The notes under the pieces: generated by a model | Database searches by the model: none | What the model saw: only the letters and a program-made list of their open reading frames with translations | What the model was told of the DNA's origin: nothing | In this document: positions 53,001 through 64,000 of the stretch, piece by piece | Layout of the letters: every line of letters begins with the position of its first letter | Numbering within the stretch: position 1 is the first letter of the stretch | NCBI RefSeq assembly: GCF_046119375.1 | Contig: NW_027362761.1 | Location: 736,994,001 to 737,058,000, forward strand | Origin: Phyllobates terribilis | Taxonomy: Eukaryota | Reading direction: 5' to 3' | DNA length: 64,000 nucleotides | Position numbers and translations under genes: made by a program

Positions 53001-53367
53001 GTCCAGGGCTCTCTGACTGCCTGGGCAATTTGGCAGGTAGTGAAGAGACAGATGGGTGCTCTTCAGTGCTCAGGACCTGAGAGGATCTGGAACTAATTGA
53101 AGTCGATGCGTTAGCTGCCATCCATCCGACAACGGCTTCAATTTGGTCCTCCCGCAGCAGTGGGGTACGGCTAGCTCCTACAAAGCTGCGCATAAAGGAC
53201 TGTTCCCTGGTAAAACTGGGGGATGCTGAGTCACTGGTGCCCGCAGCAGGCACAGAATCCCCACGTCCTCTCCCTGCAGGCACAGAATCCTCACGTCCTC
53301 TCCCTGCAGAAACTCCACGCCCACGCCCACGCCCACGACCACATGCCTTACTCCCTGCCTTCTTCAT
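50035..53367 (-). pseudogene. hAT (Ac-family, ZBED-like) transposase, ~1110 codons, two in-frame stops and a small terminal frameshift
   Basis: GRGRGR N-terminus, BED finger (W..F...CKMC...MWKHVRTKH), TTDAW, CDNG, CLAH, TRWNS, and dimerization domain WPELSQYALEVLACPAASVLSERVFS. TGA at 50989-50991 and TAA at 50944-50946 are in the same frame. Confidence 0.93.
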
Positions 53368-53727
53368 CTTGGTAGACTGATAAAGATAGGCTGAAAAGTA
53401 CTAAGGGCTTAGTGTGCTTATTCCTGAACAGCTGCTAACAGGTATAAGAAACACTAATTTTATAAAGTGTGGACTAGACTTTAATATGAGCTAATGTGGC
53501 CTACACAACTGTAAAGTGGAGTGTTTGGTGAACTTTATTTAGGTTTTTTTTGTCACAAAAAGACACTGGATGTGCCTAAAGATGTAATACCGATAGTATC
53601 ACAAACTTTTTGTAGCTATTACAATGTAGGAAGGTAACCTACAATGCAATAGATGAGGCTACAAAAATAGGCTAATACTAATCTGGCTGGGGCTGCAGGG
53701 CCCAATGCTGCAGAAAGGCTCCTCTAA

Positions 53728-54245
53728 CTACTCCTATATAGTGTGTTTGGAACCAATTTAGCTGAATACGGATGGAACCACCACACTAATAGGAGAAATC
53801 AGGAAAAATTATGAATTGGCAAAAAAGGACAATGTATGAGGCAGTGACACACACTGAGTGCACTACAACAAGACGTGGCTGAAGTACACACTACAGGGTG
53901 AGCTGCACTCACACACACAGACCTTGCAGACAGCGGTGAACAGTACAGATGCAGAGCACTGTGCACTAGCGCTGCAAGACAAAAAAAAATTCTCTATCTA
54001 CTCCAATATAGTGTGTTTGGAACCAATTTAGCTGAATACGGATGGAACCACCACACTAATAGGAGATATCAGGAAAAATTAAGAATTGGCAAAAAAGGAC
54101 AATGTATGAGGCAGTGACACACACTGAGTGCACTACAACCAGACGTGGCTGAAGCACACACTACAGCGTGAGCTGCACTCACACACACAGACCTTGCAGA
54201 CAGCGGTGAACAGCACAGAGAACTGTGCACTAGCGCTGCAAGGCA
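53728..54245. repeat. 270-bp direct repeat x2 upstream of the hAT D ATG
   Basis: CTACTCC(T/A)ATATAGTGTGTTTGGAACC at ~53728 and ~53998. Confidence 0.9.
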
Positions 54246-54758
54246 CAGCGATTTATAAAGTAGCTTGGGTAAAGCAGAATAGACCAAATAGGTAGCTAAA
54301 ACTGTCCCTCAGAACAACAGCGTTCTATCCCTAACTGAATTCACAGCAGAGTGAGCTCAAAATGGCGGCGGCGGCTTTTATAGTGCATCATGACATCATT
54401 TCAGCAGCCAATCACAGCCATGCCATTAGTTAAGATGCCTACATGCCTAACAGGATGTGCCCACACTTCTTAGGATCCTCATTGGCTGAATAAAATGAAA
54501 CTGGCTCATTGCATTATGGGAACTTCCGATTCCGGTATACGATATTGCAAAAGTATCGGAATTAAGTATCGGAATTCCGATACCGCGAATATCGGCCGAT
54601 ACCCGATATTTCAGTATCGGAATGCTCAACTCTACTTATGAGCGAAGGCCAAGGAAGAAACCATTGCTGAAGAAAAGACATAAAAAGGAACGACCTTCTT
54701 TGCCAAAGAGTACCTTGACAAACACTAATCATTCTGGGAAAATGTTCTGTGGACAGAT

Positions 54759-56170
54759 AATTATAAGTTTTAGGAATTTTGGATCTTTTTGATGGAAGGT
54801 GAGAAAATGTTTGGACACACTATGTTGTTGGAACCCATTGCGTATACTATGATGATGCTTATTTAGTCTAGCATGCATCATGTGAATAGTGCGACCCACA
54901 TATTGTAGGCTGCATGTGCATTGTAGAAGATAGACAAGATAAGTGGACTGACAGTCCACCCTACAATTGATGGTGAAGCTCTCCCCAGTAGTTTGTGATC
55001 TAAAAGAGGTAGCTCCACTAACAATTGTGCTACAGCACAGACATTTTGGGGTGTTGCAAGTATAACAACCCAAATTAAAATTCATGGGTTTCTCTTTTGT
55101 ACTTTTTGATTCCAAAGAAATGTTGCTACGTGACACCATACTCCACAAATTGCGGTTCCTTCTATAAAATATTTGGCTTGTTGGGCAAATGGTTTGAAAG
55201 ATTGGATCAGCCTGTAAAATGAACCAATACCTACCTAACAACCTTTGAATACAGTGCCGTAACTATAAACTTCGGGGCCCCTGGGCAAAACTTCATAGAG
55301 GGGCCCCTCAACATTTCAATCACTAGAGGTTGTGCAGAACGTCGTGAAGCCTGCTACGCATTGTTGTATACAACACACAGGCTTCACCACGTTCCGCAAG
55401 ACCTTTAATAGATTTTGTTGTTTATGATGCAAGTTTTAGAAGTTAAATATTCAGTGAATATGTTTGGAAAATTAATAAGGTGAATAATTCCAAATATTGC
55501 ACAATTTTCAAATAACTGTATATGTTTATTAAATAGCAGGGCTTCTCACAGTTTGTCACAGAGATATTTGTGTCTGCTGAGACTGTCTCCTCTCAATGAT
55601 GCTGAGAGTTTGTTACAGTCAGTGTGCACTGCGCCTGCCTTGCCAACTCTCTGTGATCTCCAAACTAACATATTGTTACAAATCTTGTGCTATGAGACTC
55701 TCCAGGCCAGTGCAGGTTTCCATTCATTGACAGCTGGCAGAGCTCCTGGAAATTATTGAAATGATAGTCTCTCCTGTCCTCCGGGTGACATTGTCTGACA
55801 GGAATATAGGAGCTGGGTATTTTATGAGAAATTAAAGTATAAAAATACAATTTTTTACCATCAGTTTGGGGCCCCTTGGGTGGTTGGGCCCGGGGCAGTG
55901 CCCCGGCTGCCCCGGTTGTAGTTACGGCCCTGTTTGAATACTTGCTCGAGATTGGTTGTAAGTAGTTACCATACTCCATTCCCTAGATGTCGCTTCATTG
56001 GTCTTTTTAGCTGAAAGGATTTTTGCAATACAAGAATCTTGTGTGAGAGGTTGAGTTCTCTTATAGGCATCTATTAATAACTTCTTGGAATATTCTTTCT
56101 GTATGAACCTCTGCCTAAAAATTCCTGATTCTTTCACAAAATCCTGATCGTCTGTAGCAGGAGTGCACGG
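54759..56170 (-). mobile_element. Penelope-like (Neptune-type) fragment: RT end, Cys linker, GIY-YIG
   Basis: FRQRFIQKEYS..., CYTCNTPKCLCC, LVYLLQCTCSLQYVGRT..RLNKH. Confidence 0.8.
55252..55932. mobile_element. hAT-type MITE, 681 bp
   Basis: TIRs CAGTGCCGTAACTA / TAGTTACGGCCCTG and a perfect 8-bp TSD TTTGAATA. Confidence 0.9.
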
Positions 56171-58798
56171 AGATACCCGTTACTGAGGTTGCGAAGGTGT
56201 GCACAACCATTTCAGGTGTGAGGCTAATCCTCCCACCTTTATTAGAATATCCCAACTAAACCACTAGGTGCTTTTCATGCTGCACTCTTCCATGTTCATT
56301 GTCTTACATTGAAAATCTTTGGGGTGAGCTGAAATCTGCCATTGGGAAAAAGAACCCTGTAAACATTCAAGAGCTTGAACAAGCTGCAAAGGAAGAGTGG
56401 GAGAAAATTCCAGCTAAGAAGTGCAAGAAGCTTATAGATGGGTGCAAAAAATGTTTGAATGCTGTCAGCAATTCCAGAGGGTGTGCAACCAAATATTAAT
56501 TAGGGGTGGCTTTATTGCTGCACATGCTATTTATTCTGTTTTTTTCTTTGCAATTGCAACATGGAAGTTTAAAAACAATGTTTTATTGTTGTATTACTTT
56601 GGACCACTAATTGAAAATCCTGAGGATATAACTTTGGTACATTTCCATTTATTTCTGAAGATATTGTACAGTCTACGAAAAAAATGCAGGAGTACCAATA
56701 ATGGTGAGCAGCACTGTATTAGCTTCAGCACAGCCTGTTGCCCCTTGGCCTAGGCAGTGCTGCAGTACCTCCAGCTTGTGACTTATGTGGTCATTTTGGA
56801 GAAGCATGCTGAAGACAAGGAGGAGCAGGTGCAGGAGCTGTAGAATGTGGGGGCAACTCTGATTGACCCAGGGCCCGCAATCCTCTGCGTCAGGAGGACA
56901 AATTCCGTCTTAAGGTCCGACTGGGTCCCAGCTTCCACAATATTAACCCAGTGTGCTGTCTGTAAGATGTACTGTCCCTGGCCACAAGCACTTGTCCACG
57001 TGTCCATGGTTAGGTGGACCTTCCTAGTAACTGCGTTGGTGAGGGCACATGTAATGTTCTGGGACATGTGCTTGTGTAAGGTGGGGACGGCACACCTGGA
57101 GAAATAGTGGTGGCTAGGGGCCGAGTGCCAAGGGACAGCCGCCATGAGGTTGTGGAAAGTTTCCGTCTCCACGAGCCAAAAATGCAACAGTTCATGGGCA
57201 AGCAGTCAAGAAATGTGGCAGTTTAGTATTCTGGTCTGTGGGTGGTTAGCTGTGTATTTGTGCTTGCGTTCGAAGAACTTGGGTAGGGACAACTGAATGT
57301 GGACGTGGTTACTGATGGTGGTTGTTGCAAGTGTGCAATGCCACATGCAGGATGGGAGACATTTTTGCCTGCACCATGGACAGGGGATTGGTGTGCACGC
57401 ACAAGGAGCGGAACAGGCAGTAGTGTCACCTGTAGACACTGTTTCTGGTCTCGGCGTTCGGCCCAACTAGTCGGGTGCTTTGCTGTCATGTGACTGAGCA
57501 TGCTGGTGGTGGTCAGGGTGGTAGTTTTGCTGCCCATGCTGATGCTGGCATGGCAGAACAGTTGCCTGCCTTGTGTCTGTGGCCACCCCACTGCTTGTTG
57601 TTCCTGCCTGTTGTGGTGCTACACCTCCCTCCCCCTCTGTGCTGCTGTCCTCACTATGCATGTCACCTTGCCAGGTTGGGTCAGTGACTTCATCGTCCAC
57701 CACCTCGTGTTCCACGTACGCACCATGGGCCTCCTCCTGATTGTGTCTCATCATCATCATCCACCTCTTGAGACAGTAATTGCACTTTTCCACCGTTGCT
57801 TTCATGTGACCGTGGCTGCTCAAATATTTGGGCATCGCTACATGCGATCTCCTCTTGCCCCGCTTGAAGCGGACCGAGCGAGAGGCCAGAATCTATAAAT
57901 GGAAATGTGAACAGCTCTCCGGAGTGTCCAAATGTGGGATCACTTGTCTCCGGGCACTCAGCATGGTGGGAGGAAGGAGGAAAAGGGTGAGGAATATGTG
58001 GTCCAGCCTCACGGCTACTGAACCTGGACCATGTGGAAGACAGGGTGGTGGTGGTTGCAAACTGACTGGAGACATTATCTATTTGTCTGCTATCCAACCA
58101 ACAACCTTTTCAAACTAGACTTTCTTCAAGTGGTATTCCGCGGCCCCCTAGAAAGTTGGACAGGAAGCTAGGCTGACATGATGTGGGTGCTTGTTGTGCT
58201 CCTTCAGCAAGCACAGTTTCATCTTGCCCATTACCTCGGCACCATCACCATCACGTCCACTTCCCCGTCCCTTGCCATGCGCCTTGTCCATTTTAAATGG
58301 AGTTTAATATTTGTCACTTTTCCAAAAATGTCTGAATTATTACCACAGTAATATATGATCACGTCTGATGACCACGGTTTTAGGGAGTGGCCTAATAATT
58401 ATGCTATTGTCCAGCCACCAAGTGTGAATAGGTTTGAACACACAACTGGCAGACTTTAAATGGAGTAGAATATTTGTCACATTCCCAAAAATGTCAGGAT
58501 TATTACCGCAGTAATATAGGATCACATCTGATGACCACGGTTTTAGACAGTGACCTGAGATGCAGAGATGCTTATAGGGGTCTTCCCCATGTTGTTCCCA
58601 TGTCATTTGAGCACTGTTTCCATCGATTTGACCAATTTTTAGGCCCCCTCCAGACCTTCAGGGGGAAGCCGCCGGAAAAATGCTTGAGTTTCCCATTGAC
58701 TTACATTGGGCTCATTACTGGGGTCGAGCACCCGAGCATTACAATTTGCTCGATCCGAGCAACGAGCACTCAAGCATTTTAGCACTCGCTCATCACTA

Positions 58799-59075
58799 GT
58801 GCTTAGCTCACTCAAGGAGATGCCTCCATTCCTCCAGAGCTAACTTTATGGCAAGAAGTTCACAATTGCTGATGTCATAATTGAGCTTTGGATTAGAGAA
58901 TTTCAGAGAAAAAAATGCACAAGGTCTCAAATGCGTTAGAGTTGCGGAATCCTGGGAGAGCACTGCTCCCACCCTTCCCTCAGAAGCATCCACTTCCACC
59001 AAAAAAGGCTTATTGACATCAGGCTGGACCAAAACTTGAGCAGAGGTAAAGGCCTTCTTAAATGTATTAAATACC
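58799..59075 (-). pseudogene. Gypsy RNase H fragment
   Basis: PFLVEVDASEGRVGAVLSQ...[27 protein letters not shown]. Confidence 0.88.
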
Positions 59076-59479
59076 TTAACCCCTTTGTGACGTGGGCCGT
59101 AATAATACATACCTGTGCCCTGGGCCTTAATGACCAGGTACGTATTATTATGCCCCACGGTTAATGCGGCACCGCGACTCCGGTTGCGGTGATCGCATTA
59201 AATTTACGGCGCCATCTTACCTTCGGGTAGATGCTGTCATCATCCTGGGGTGTGTCGCCGCCCCCCCACAACCACAATCGCTGTGATTGGCTATTCAATT
59301 CTGTATAGCCAATCACAGCATTTCTCAGTGTTTCAGGCAATCAGATTGCCTGAAACACTGATGTCCAGCCTAGGATTAGTGCTCTAAGAGCAACAATCCT
59401 AGGATGGTGCCTGGCAACGCCAGGCCTGGCCCCAGCCCGCTCTGATTGGTGCGATCGATGATGACAGAAGCCTCTGTGA

Positions 59480-60376
59480 GGCTTAGAGCCCATGATGCAG
59501 AAATGCTCTGGATTTTTCCTGAGCGTTTCTGCATCTCCCTGGCAGAAAAAACACATGCGGATTTTACATGCGATTTTCCTGCCAGGGACAAGCGTAAGTG
59601 AAGCGTTTTTGCATGCATTTACGCATGCGGGTTGTCAAGCACTTTCCAAGCGATTTTAGAATCACTTGGAAAGTGCTTGACAACTGTGTCACACTATATA
59701 AATCCATGCAACCGGCATGGATTTATGTAGTGTGACCGTAAAAGAATGGTAAAAAATAAAAAAATTTATATTATACTTACCTTCTGATGGCTCCCGGTGT
59801 CCTTATCCAATGCGTCCGCTGTCCCCGGTGTCTAGCGGTGGTCTAAAAGGACCTTCCATGACGTCCTTTAGTCATGTGACGGGTCACGCGACCGCCGACG
59901 TCAGCGGTCGCGTGACCCATTACAAGACTAAATGACGTAATGGCAGGTCCTTTTAGAACATCGCGAGCTGCCGGCGAGCCAGGACGGATCGCTATGAAGA
60001 CCGGGGGCCATCGGAATGTGAGTATAATGTATATTTTTGATTTTATTCTTTTTTTTACAGGCACTATGGTACCCGGGTCTGGAGGAGAGTCTCCTATTCT
60101 ACAAACTTTGGTACCATCCGCACATTGAACCGCATGATATTGGCATGTGCACATGTAGTGATGCGGATATTATGAGATTCAATGTGAAAACGCTGCGATT
60201 CCGCAAAATAAAAGGAAGTGCTGCGGATTTTTCCGCAATGATAATCCACAGCGGAAGCACATGCGGATTATCATTGGGGAACATGGCAGACCTTCTACCA
60301 AGCGTTTTTTAAGCGTTTCTGCAGCGGAATTGCTGCTGCGGAAACGCTTAAAAAAATGCATAGTGGGCACACAGCC
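59480..60376. mobile_element. Harbinger-like MITE inside the piggyBac
   Basis: Degenerate TIRs GGCT...GCCCA and GTGGGCACACAGCC with TGA/TTA flanks; homologous to 23034-23271. Confidence 0.5.
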
Positions 60377-61267
60377 TTACACCACAATCCCTGCTCCTGA
60401 TCCTTCCTGCTGCTGCTGCCTGCTCCTGCAAGAAAAAGAGAGAAGACTTCGGTAAGTAGATCTCTGACCTCTCCTCATCCACTCCAATGCCCCCCCTCTT
60501 TTTACCACCCCCCCACCCCTCTTTTCTGACACCGAACGCTGATCAGTACTTGATCGCTGATCAGTACTTGATCGCTCTATTTTTGGCAGGTTTTTCTTCC
60601 GTGTTTCCTGCAGCAACCGAGCACTGATCAGTGACTACATCACTGATCAACGTCCGTGCTCACTGTTTTCCAGGACTTTTTTTTGTCCCTGTCCATTCCC
60701 CCCCCCCCACTTTGCACCACCTCTGTGCATCCAGTAGCCGCCGAGCGTTGATTGGTGTCAATGTTCTACACTTTTTTTTCCACTGCCTTTTTTTTTATAC
60801 AGGGCGATCACAGTGTCAGATCGTGTGCCGTGCTGGGCCTTGTGGTGTACAGAAGCCTGTGACACCACAATCGCCACTCCTGCTGCAACAGAAGACATCA
60901 AGCAGAAGACAACTGTAAGTAGATTTTTTGATCCTTCCTTATCCACCCCAATCCCTCTCTCCCCCCTTCCTACCTCCCCACCCATCTGTTCTGCCACCCA
61001 GTGCTGATCAGTACTTGATCGCTCAACTTTGGCAGTTTTTTTTTTTGTGCTTCATGCAGTGGCCGAGTGCTGATCAGTGACTGCAGATCACTGATCTGCA
61101 CTCGTGCTCACTGTTTTACACTCCTCCCCACCTTTGCACCACTTCTGTTTGCACATCCAGCAGCCGCCGAGCATTGATCGGTGACGCAGTTCTTTCAGAA
61201 AAAAAAAAGTTCACACCAAGCACACTGACACACACACTGAATAAGGTGCCAACACACACAACACATA

Positions 61268-61327
61268 CAGTACAGACCAAAAGTTTGGACACACCTTCTC
61301 ATTTAAAGATTTTTTTGGTCTGTACTG
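61268..61327. mobile_element. 60-bp Tc1 remnant consisting only of the two termini
   Basis: TA|CAGTACAGACCAAAAGTTTGGACACACCTTCTCATTTAAAGAT-TTTTTT-GGTCTGTACTG|TA; same TIR as the element ending at 6344. Confidence 0.9.
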
Positions 61328-62340
61328 TACATAAAAAAAAAATGTCCCGCTCGTTACAAACCCAGTATTTAGTGGAGGAGGCATATACTTTATTTGCCTC
61401 TGACACTGACAGTGAGGGAGAGGATCCCACCTTTCTTTATTTTTCAGACTCGTCGTCGTCATCGTCCTCCTCCTCTTCCTCCTCAGGTGCTGCTGAACTG
61501 CCACGCAGACGCCCCAGGACAGATGATGAACCAGCACTCGCCCATTATTGACCCTATATGGACCTCGCCCCCTGAAAATTATGAGCTACTGATTCCTGAT
61601 TTTGTAGCAGAATCAGGAATCAAGTTCGACACCACCGGCCTTACAGAAATAGACTTTTTCAAAGTATTTTTCTCTGAGGATTTTGAAAAACTCATTGTGG
61701 GCCAAACTAATTTGTACACTCAACAATATTTGGCAGAAAACCTCTCTTCATCATTTTCTAACTAGTTTTCTATAGACGCAGTAGAAATGATGAAGTTTTG
61801 GGGCCTGATCCTTCACATGGGGACCCTGGAGAAGCCAGAAGCTTGGCAAAACTGGAGTGTTGACGTTTTGTATAACACTCCAGTGTTCAGATTTGTCATG
61901 ACCCGAACATGTTTTGAGGCCATCCACAAGTTCTTGCATTACAACGATAATGCACGGTGTCCTGCACGAGATGACCCCAACTTTGATGGTCTTTTCAACA
62001 ACTAGTTTGCTGAAGTGTATGTGCCCCAAAGGGACATCTGCGTGGATGAGTCCCTAATTATTTTTAAGGGGAGGCTTGGATTCTGGCATTACCTGCCCAG
62101 TAACAGGGCCAGGTACGGAATTAAGCTGGGTACACTCACAAGTTTAGAGTTTATGAAGGGAAGGACTCCCAGATTGAACCCCCTGAATGCCCCCCTGTCC
62201 TGGGAGTGAGTGGGAAAATTGTGTGGGATTTGGTGCACCCACTGCTGGATAAAGGTTATCACCTCTACGTGGATAACTTTTATACCAGCATCCCACTGTT
62301 CACATCACTCTCTGTGCAAGGTACTGCAACCTGCAATTAA

Positions 62341-64000
62341 CCACTTCGCACCAGAGCCTGTTTTTGCCTTCGTGACCGGGCCAATTTTTTCAATTCTGAC
62401 CACTGTCACTTTATGAAGTAATTACTCTGGAATGCTTCAACGTATTCCCCTGATTCTGAGACTGTTTTTTCATGACATATTGTACTTCATGATAGTGGTA
62501 AAATTTCTTCGATATAACTTGCGTTTATTTGTGAAAAAATTGGAAATTTGGCGAAAATTTTGAAAATTTTGCAATTTTCAAACTTTGAATTTTCATGCCC
62601 TTAAATCAGCGAGATATGTCACACAAAATAGTTAATAAATAACATTTCCCACATGTCTACTTTACATCAGCACAATTTTGGAACCAAAATTTTTTTGTTG
62701 TTAGGGAGCTATAAGGGTTAAAATTTGACCAGCGATTTCTCATTTTTCCAACAAAATTTACAAAAACATTTTTTTAGGGACCACATCATATTTGAAGTCA
62801 CTTTGAGGGGTCTTTATGACAGAAAATACCCAAAAGTGACACCATTCTAAAAACTGCACCCCTCAAGGTGCTCAAAACCACATTCAAGAACTTTATTAAT
62901 CCTTCAGGTGCTTCACAGGAATTTTTGGAATGTGGAAGAAAAAAATTAACATTGAACTTTTTTCACAAAAATGTTACTTTAGACCCAATTTTTTTTATTT
63001 TCACAGGGGTAACAGGAAAAAATGGACCCCAAATTTTTTTGTGCAATTTCTCTTGAGCGTGCTGATACCCCATATGTGAGGGAAAACCACTGCTTGGGCG
63101 CACTGCAGGGTTCGGAAGGGAAGGAGCGCCTTTAGACTTTTTGAATGTAAAATTTGTCTGAATAATTAGCAGACGCCATGTTCCGTTTGGAGAGCTCCTG
63201 ATGTGCCTAAACAGTGGAAACCCCCCACAAGTGACACCATTTTGGAAACCAGACCCCTTAGGGAACCTATCTAGATGTGTGGTGAGCACCTTGAACCCCC
63301 AGGTGCTTCACAGAAGTTTAGAATATTGAGCTATAAAAATAAAATTTTCACATTTTTCCCACAAAAACGTTTTTCATCCCTTAATTTTGCATTATCATAA
63401 GGGTAATAGAAAAAATTGCACCATGAAGTTTGTTGTGCAATGTCTCCTGAACACGCTGATACTCCATATGTGGAGGCAAACCACTGTTTGGGTGCACGGT
63501 AGGGTTTGAAAGGGAAGGAGCGCCATTTGACTTTTTGAATGTAAAATTTGTTTGAATAATTAGCGGACACCATGTTGCATTTGGGGAGCCCCTGATGTGC
63601 CTAAACAGTGGAAACCCCCACAAGTGCCACCATTTTGGAAACTAGACCCGTTAGGGAACTTATCTAGATGTGTGGTGAGCACCTTGAACCCCAAGGTGCT
63701 TCACAGAAGTTTATAATATTGAGCTGTAAAAATAAAATTTTCACATTTTTCCTACAAAACCGTTTTTCATCCCTTAATTTTGCATTATCATAAGGGTAAT
63801 AGGAAAAATTGCACCATGAAGTTTGTTGTGCAATGTCTCCTGAACACGCTGATACCCCATATGTGGAGGCAAACCACTGTTTGGGCGCACGGCAGCGTGT
63901 GAAAGGGAAGGTGAGCCATTTGACTTTTTGAATGTAAAATTTGTTTGAATAATTAGCGGATGCCATGTTGCATTTGGGGAGCCCCTGATGTGCCTAAACA
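62341..64000 (+). mobile_element. Non-autonomous TTAA (piggyBac-like) element running off the window, with a ~393-bp tandem repeat
   Basis: TTAA|CCACTTCGCACC at 62337-62341. GATAC(C/T)CCATATGTG recurs at ~63063, 63458 and 63851. Confidence 0.75.

Larger units (their letters stand above)
43457..54634 (-). mobile_element. hAT transposon copy D, complete, 11,178 bp, carrying satellite cargo
   Basis: TIRs TAGTGTTGAGC / TAGAGTTGAGC, a perfect 8-bp TSD CTTATGAG (43449-43456, 54635-54642), and dense CCGAT/ATCGG subterminal repeats at both ends. Confidence 0.95.
42763..56716 (+). mobile_element. Tc1 transposon (decayed) hosting hAT D and a Penelope fragment
   Basis: TIRs CAGTCCTGCTGATTGTTATTGGCAC and reverse CAGTGCTGCTCACCATTATTGGTAC with TA flanks. 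Transposase MAKTKELSED...AEPYE|RRPRKKPLL...WTD, then IENLWGELK...RGCATKY* at 56303-56499. Confidence 0.9.
42291..58798 (-). mobile_element. hAT transposon copy C (same subfamily as B), 3'-truncated, interrupted by Tc1
   Basis: TIR at 58798 (...CGCTCATCACTA) and ATG at 58291 (MDKAHGKG). The frame QAVLKLI|CLGD is restored across the Tc1 TA site. CDNGRNL...CLAHVLNL...TRWNS at 42390-42760. Confidence 0.85.
59080..62336 (+). mobile_element. piggyBac element (PGBD4-like), decayed and interrupted
   Basis: Left end TTAA|CCCCTT. Transposase remnants at ~61340-62330 (FFKVFFSEDF, RFEAIHKFLHYND-like, VDESL..FKGR, GYHLYVDNFYTS). Confidence 0.85.

Noticed and set aside
50035-53367. Domesticated ZBED-type host gene
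   Set aside because: It has in-frame stops and intact TIRs with a TSD, and several decayed paralogues lie nearby.
24937-58798. One giant 33.9-kb hAT bounded by the very similar ends at 24937 and 58798
   Set aside because: The 8-bp flanks differ (GTTATAAT vs GTGCTTAG), and the interval contains redundant copies of the same transposase segments.
38856-58798. Composite B+C unit that transposed as a whole
   Set aside because: The flanks CACAGGAC and GTGCTTAG do not form a TSD.
61340-62330. Host PGBD4 gene
   Set aside because: It has multiple frameshifts and deletions, is truncated, and has a TTAA-CCC terminus upstream.

Overview
Eukaryotic (vertebrate, most likely frog) genomic DNA that is overwhelmingly transposon-derived. 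I find one host gene: a two-coding-exon LRRC25-like LRR type-I membrane protein (9885-10729 + 17004-17175, +, 338 aa). The rest is deeply nested mobile DNA, and many junctions can be resolved by exact target-site duplications (TSDs) and restored reading frames. It includes an L1 split by a 2-kb solo LTR, three Tc1 elements plus a 60-bp Tc1 remnant, and an internally deleted Gypsy chromovirus. It also holds a nearly complete Penelope-like (Neptune-type) element split by a young CR1, four or more related hAT copies (one 11.2 kb carrying about 6 kb of hierarchical satellite), a non-autonomous Helitron, a V-SINE, an L2 fragment, piggyBac remnants and several MITEs. The most notable signal not shown by the ORF track is five minimal type-I hammerhead-ribozyme-like motifs. 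Two have the compensatory U3-A8 core. Three sit in two TSD-flanked palindromic, ORF-less mini-elements. All calls come from reading the sequence by eye; no database search or folding was run, and the species assignment is an inference.
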